Source: Candidatus Latescibacterota bacterium (GTDB taxonomy: Bacteria > Latescibacterota > UBA2968 > GCA-2709665). Taken from it: a stretch of DNA of 64,000 nucleotides. The stretch covers positions 608,001 to 672,000 of the forward strand of contig CBDDDZ010000004.1 in assembly GCA_965226795.1 (NCBI GenBank), given 5' to 3'. The notes under the pieces were generated by a model. It did no database searches. It saw nothing but the letters and a program-made list of their open reading frames with translations, and had not been told where the DNA came from. Both the position numbers and the translations under genes were made by a program. Shown piece by piece: positions 63,182-64,000 of this stretch; position 1 is the stretch's first letter, and each line of letters opens with the position of its first letter.

Positions 63182-64000
63182 GTGGCTTTGAAATTCGCGG
63201 GTTCAGTAATTTCCCGGGACACGATCAGTCCCTCGCCGGGGCTTGTGGGGGCGTGCGACCTCCCCGGCGATGCCAGCATGTCGATTATGGCCCTTGTGCT
63301 GTCGTCAATATCCGATGGAATCTCACGGATTCACAGGTGTTCCCAACGACGCGAAGTCAAGCGAACCGGAGAATTGCTGGCGGAACTCGGGATTTCGGTG
63401 GCGTGGGACGGTGAGACCGCAACGGTGACCGGCGGCCACATGGAGGCGCCGGCCGACGTGCTGCGCGTGGGTGGGTCCCTTGTTCTGTTTTCCTGTCTTG
63501 CGGGATTGCTGTCCAATGCGCCCTTTGTGACCAGACTTTCCGGGGTTCGGGCGGATGCCGACGTCGACCGGCTTTTCGACGGGCTCCGCGCGTTGGGCGC
63601 ACACGTGAACATTCCGGTTGAAGACCGGACATCGGCGGGTGTCGGAGGGGGTAAGTTAACGCCCGGATCCTTCCGTGTCGGAGCTCCGGATATAGCGGTG
63701 AAGTGTGGAATGCTTATGGCCGGGCTGGGTGTGGGGGGACCGGTTGAACTGGTACAGGACACGGGCGGGGATGACGACCTGGAAGTTTTGCTGCAAGCAG
63801 CAGGATGCGGGCTGAAAAAGAGCCGGATGAAGGGCGCCGGAGGTCATCGGTTGTTGTTGGAAGGACCGGTACGGCTCCGTGGCGTTACACACGAGTTGCC
63901 GGGCTGCTCGGATGCGGGGCTGTTTCTTGCCCTGGCCGCGGCGATGTTGAAACGGTCTGAGTTGACCGTAACCCATTTCGGAATGGATTCGAGAAGCCGC
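63182..64000 (+). CDS. AroA (EPSP synthase)-fold protein with degenerate active-site motifs (runs off window)
   Basis: Not in the ORF track. Open frame from GTG 63182: ...LVGACDLPGDASMSIMALVLSSISDG...CLAGLL...LRALGA...AVKCGMLMAGL...LPGCSDAG; follows tyrA. Confidence 0.75.
   Translation, partial: MALKFAGSVISRDTISPSPGLVGACDLPGDASMSIMALVLSSISDGISRIHRCSQRREVKRTGELLAELGISVAWDGETATVTGGHMEAPADVLRVGGSLVLFSCLAGLLSNAPFVTRLSGVRADADVDRLFDGLRALGAHVNIPVEDRTSAGVGGGKLTPGSFRVGAPDIAVKCGMLMAGLGVGGPVELVQDTGGDDDLEVLLQAAGCGLKKSRMKGAGGHRLLLEGPVRLRGVTHELPGCSDAGLFLALAAAMLKRSELTVTHFGMDSRSR

Noticed and set aside
63208..63225. TTTCCCGGGACAC as another MITE end
   Set aside because: Short imperfect match inside an open coding frame; probably chance.

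Overview
High-GC bacterial chromosomal window of mostly housekeeping genes. Lineage cannot be fixed from sequence alone; gene content loosely suggests an FCB-superphylum or candidate-phylum diderm (inference). It opens with a decayed ~5.3 kb stretch (ABC-permease remnant, broken uvrA-like gene, broken nucleotidyltransferase). Next come a CxxC/RAPP leader protein + lipoprotein + TonB-dependent receptor operon, SDRs, TauD, queD, HIT, yidD-lgt, an IS21 remnant, an orphan AAA ATPase, a short purH behind a probable ZTP riboswitch, a sigma70, an ECF sigma/anti-sigma/HtrA-like operon, acs, queC, CIRCE-controlled groES-groEL, secA, the rib-nusB operon, an S55 peptidase + beta-propeller pair, rlmH, amidase, TPR and TonB. 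It ends in a ~13 kb aromatic amino-acid supra-operon (trpEGDCF-tyrS-aldolase-trpBA-chorismate mutase-DAHP synthase-tyrA-aroA-like). Best unannotated signals: (1) a leader-peptide attenuator rich in Trp, Tyr and Phe codons together, heading that supra-operon; (2) a promoter- and terminator-bounded candidate sRNA with three C-rich loops; (3) the CxxC/RAPP metal-sensing uORF; (4) two apparent pseudo-enzymes (AroA-like and HtrA-like); (5) a MITE family with five copies, one at a GC-skew switch; (6) a 5-bp duplication frameshifting trpB. No CRISPR, tRNA or rRNA was seen. All family calls come from motif recognition, not database searches.
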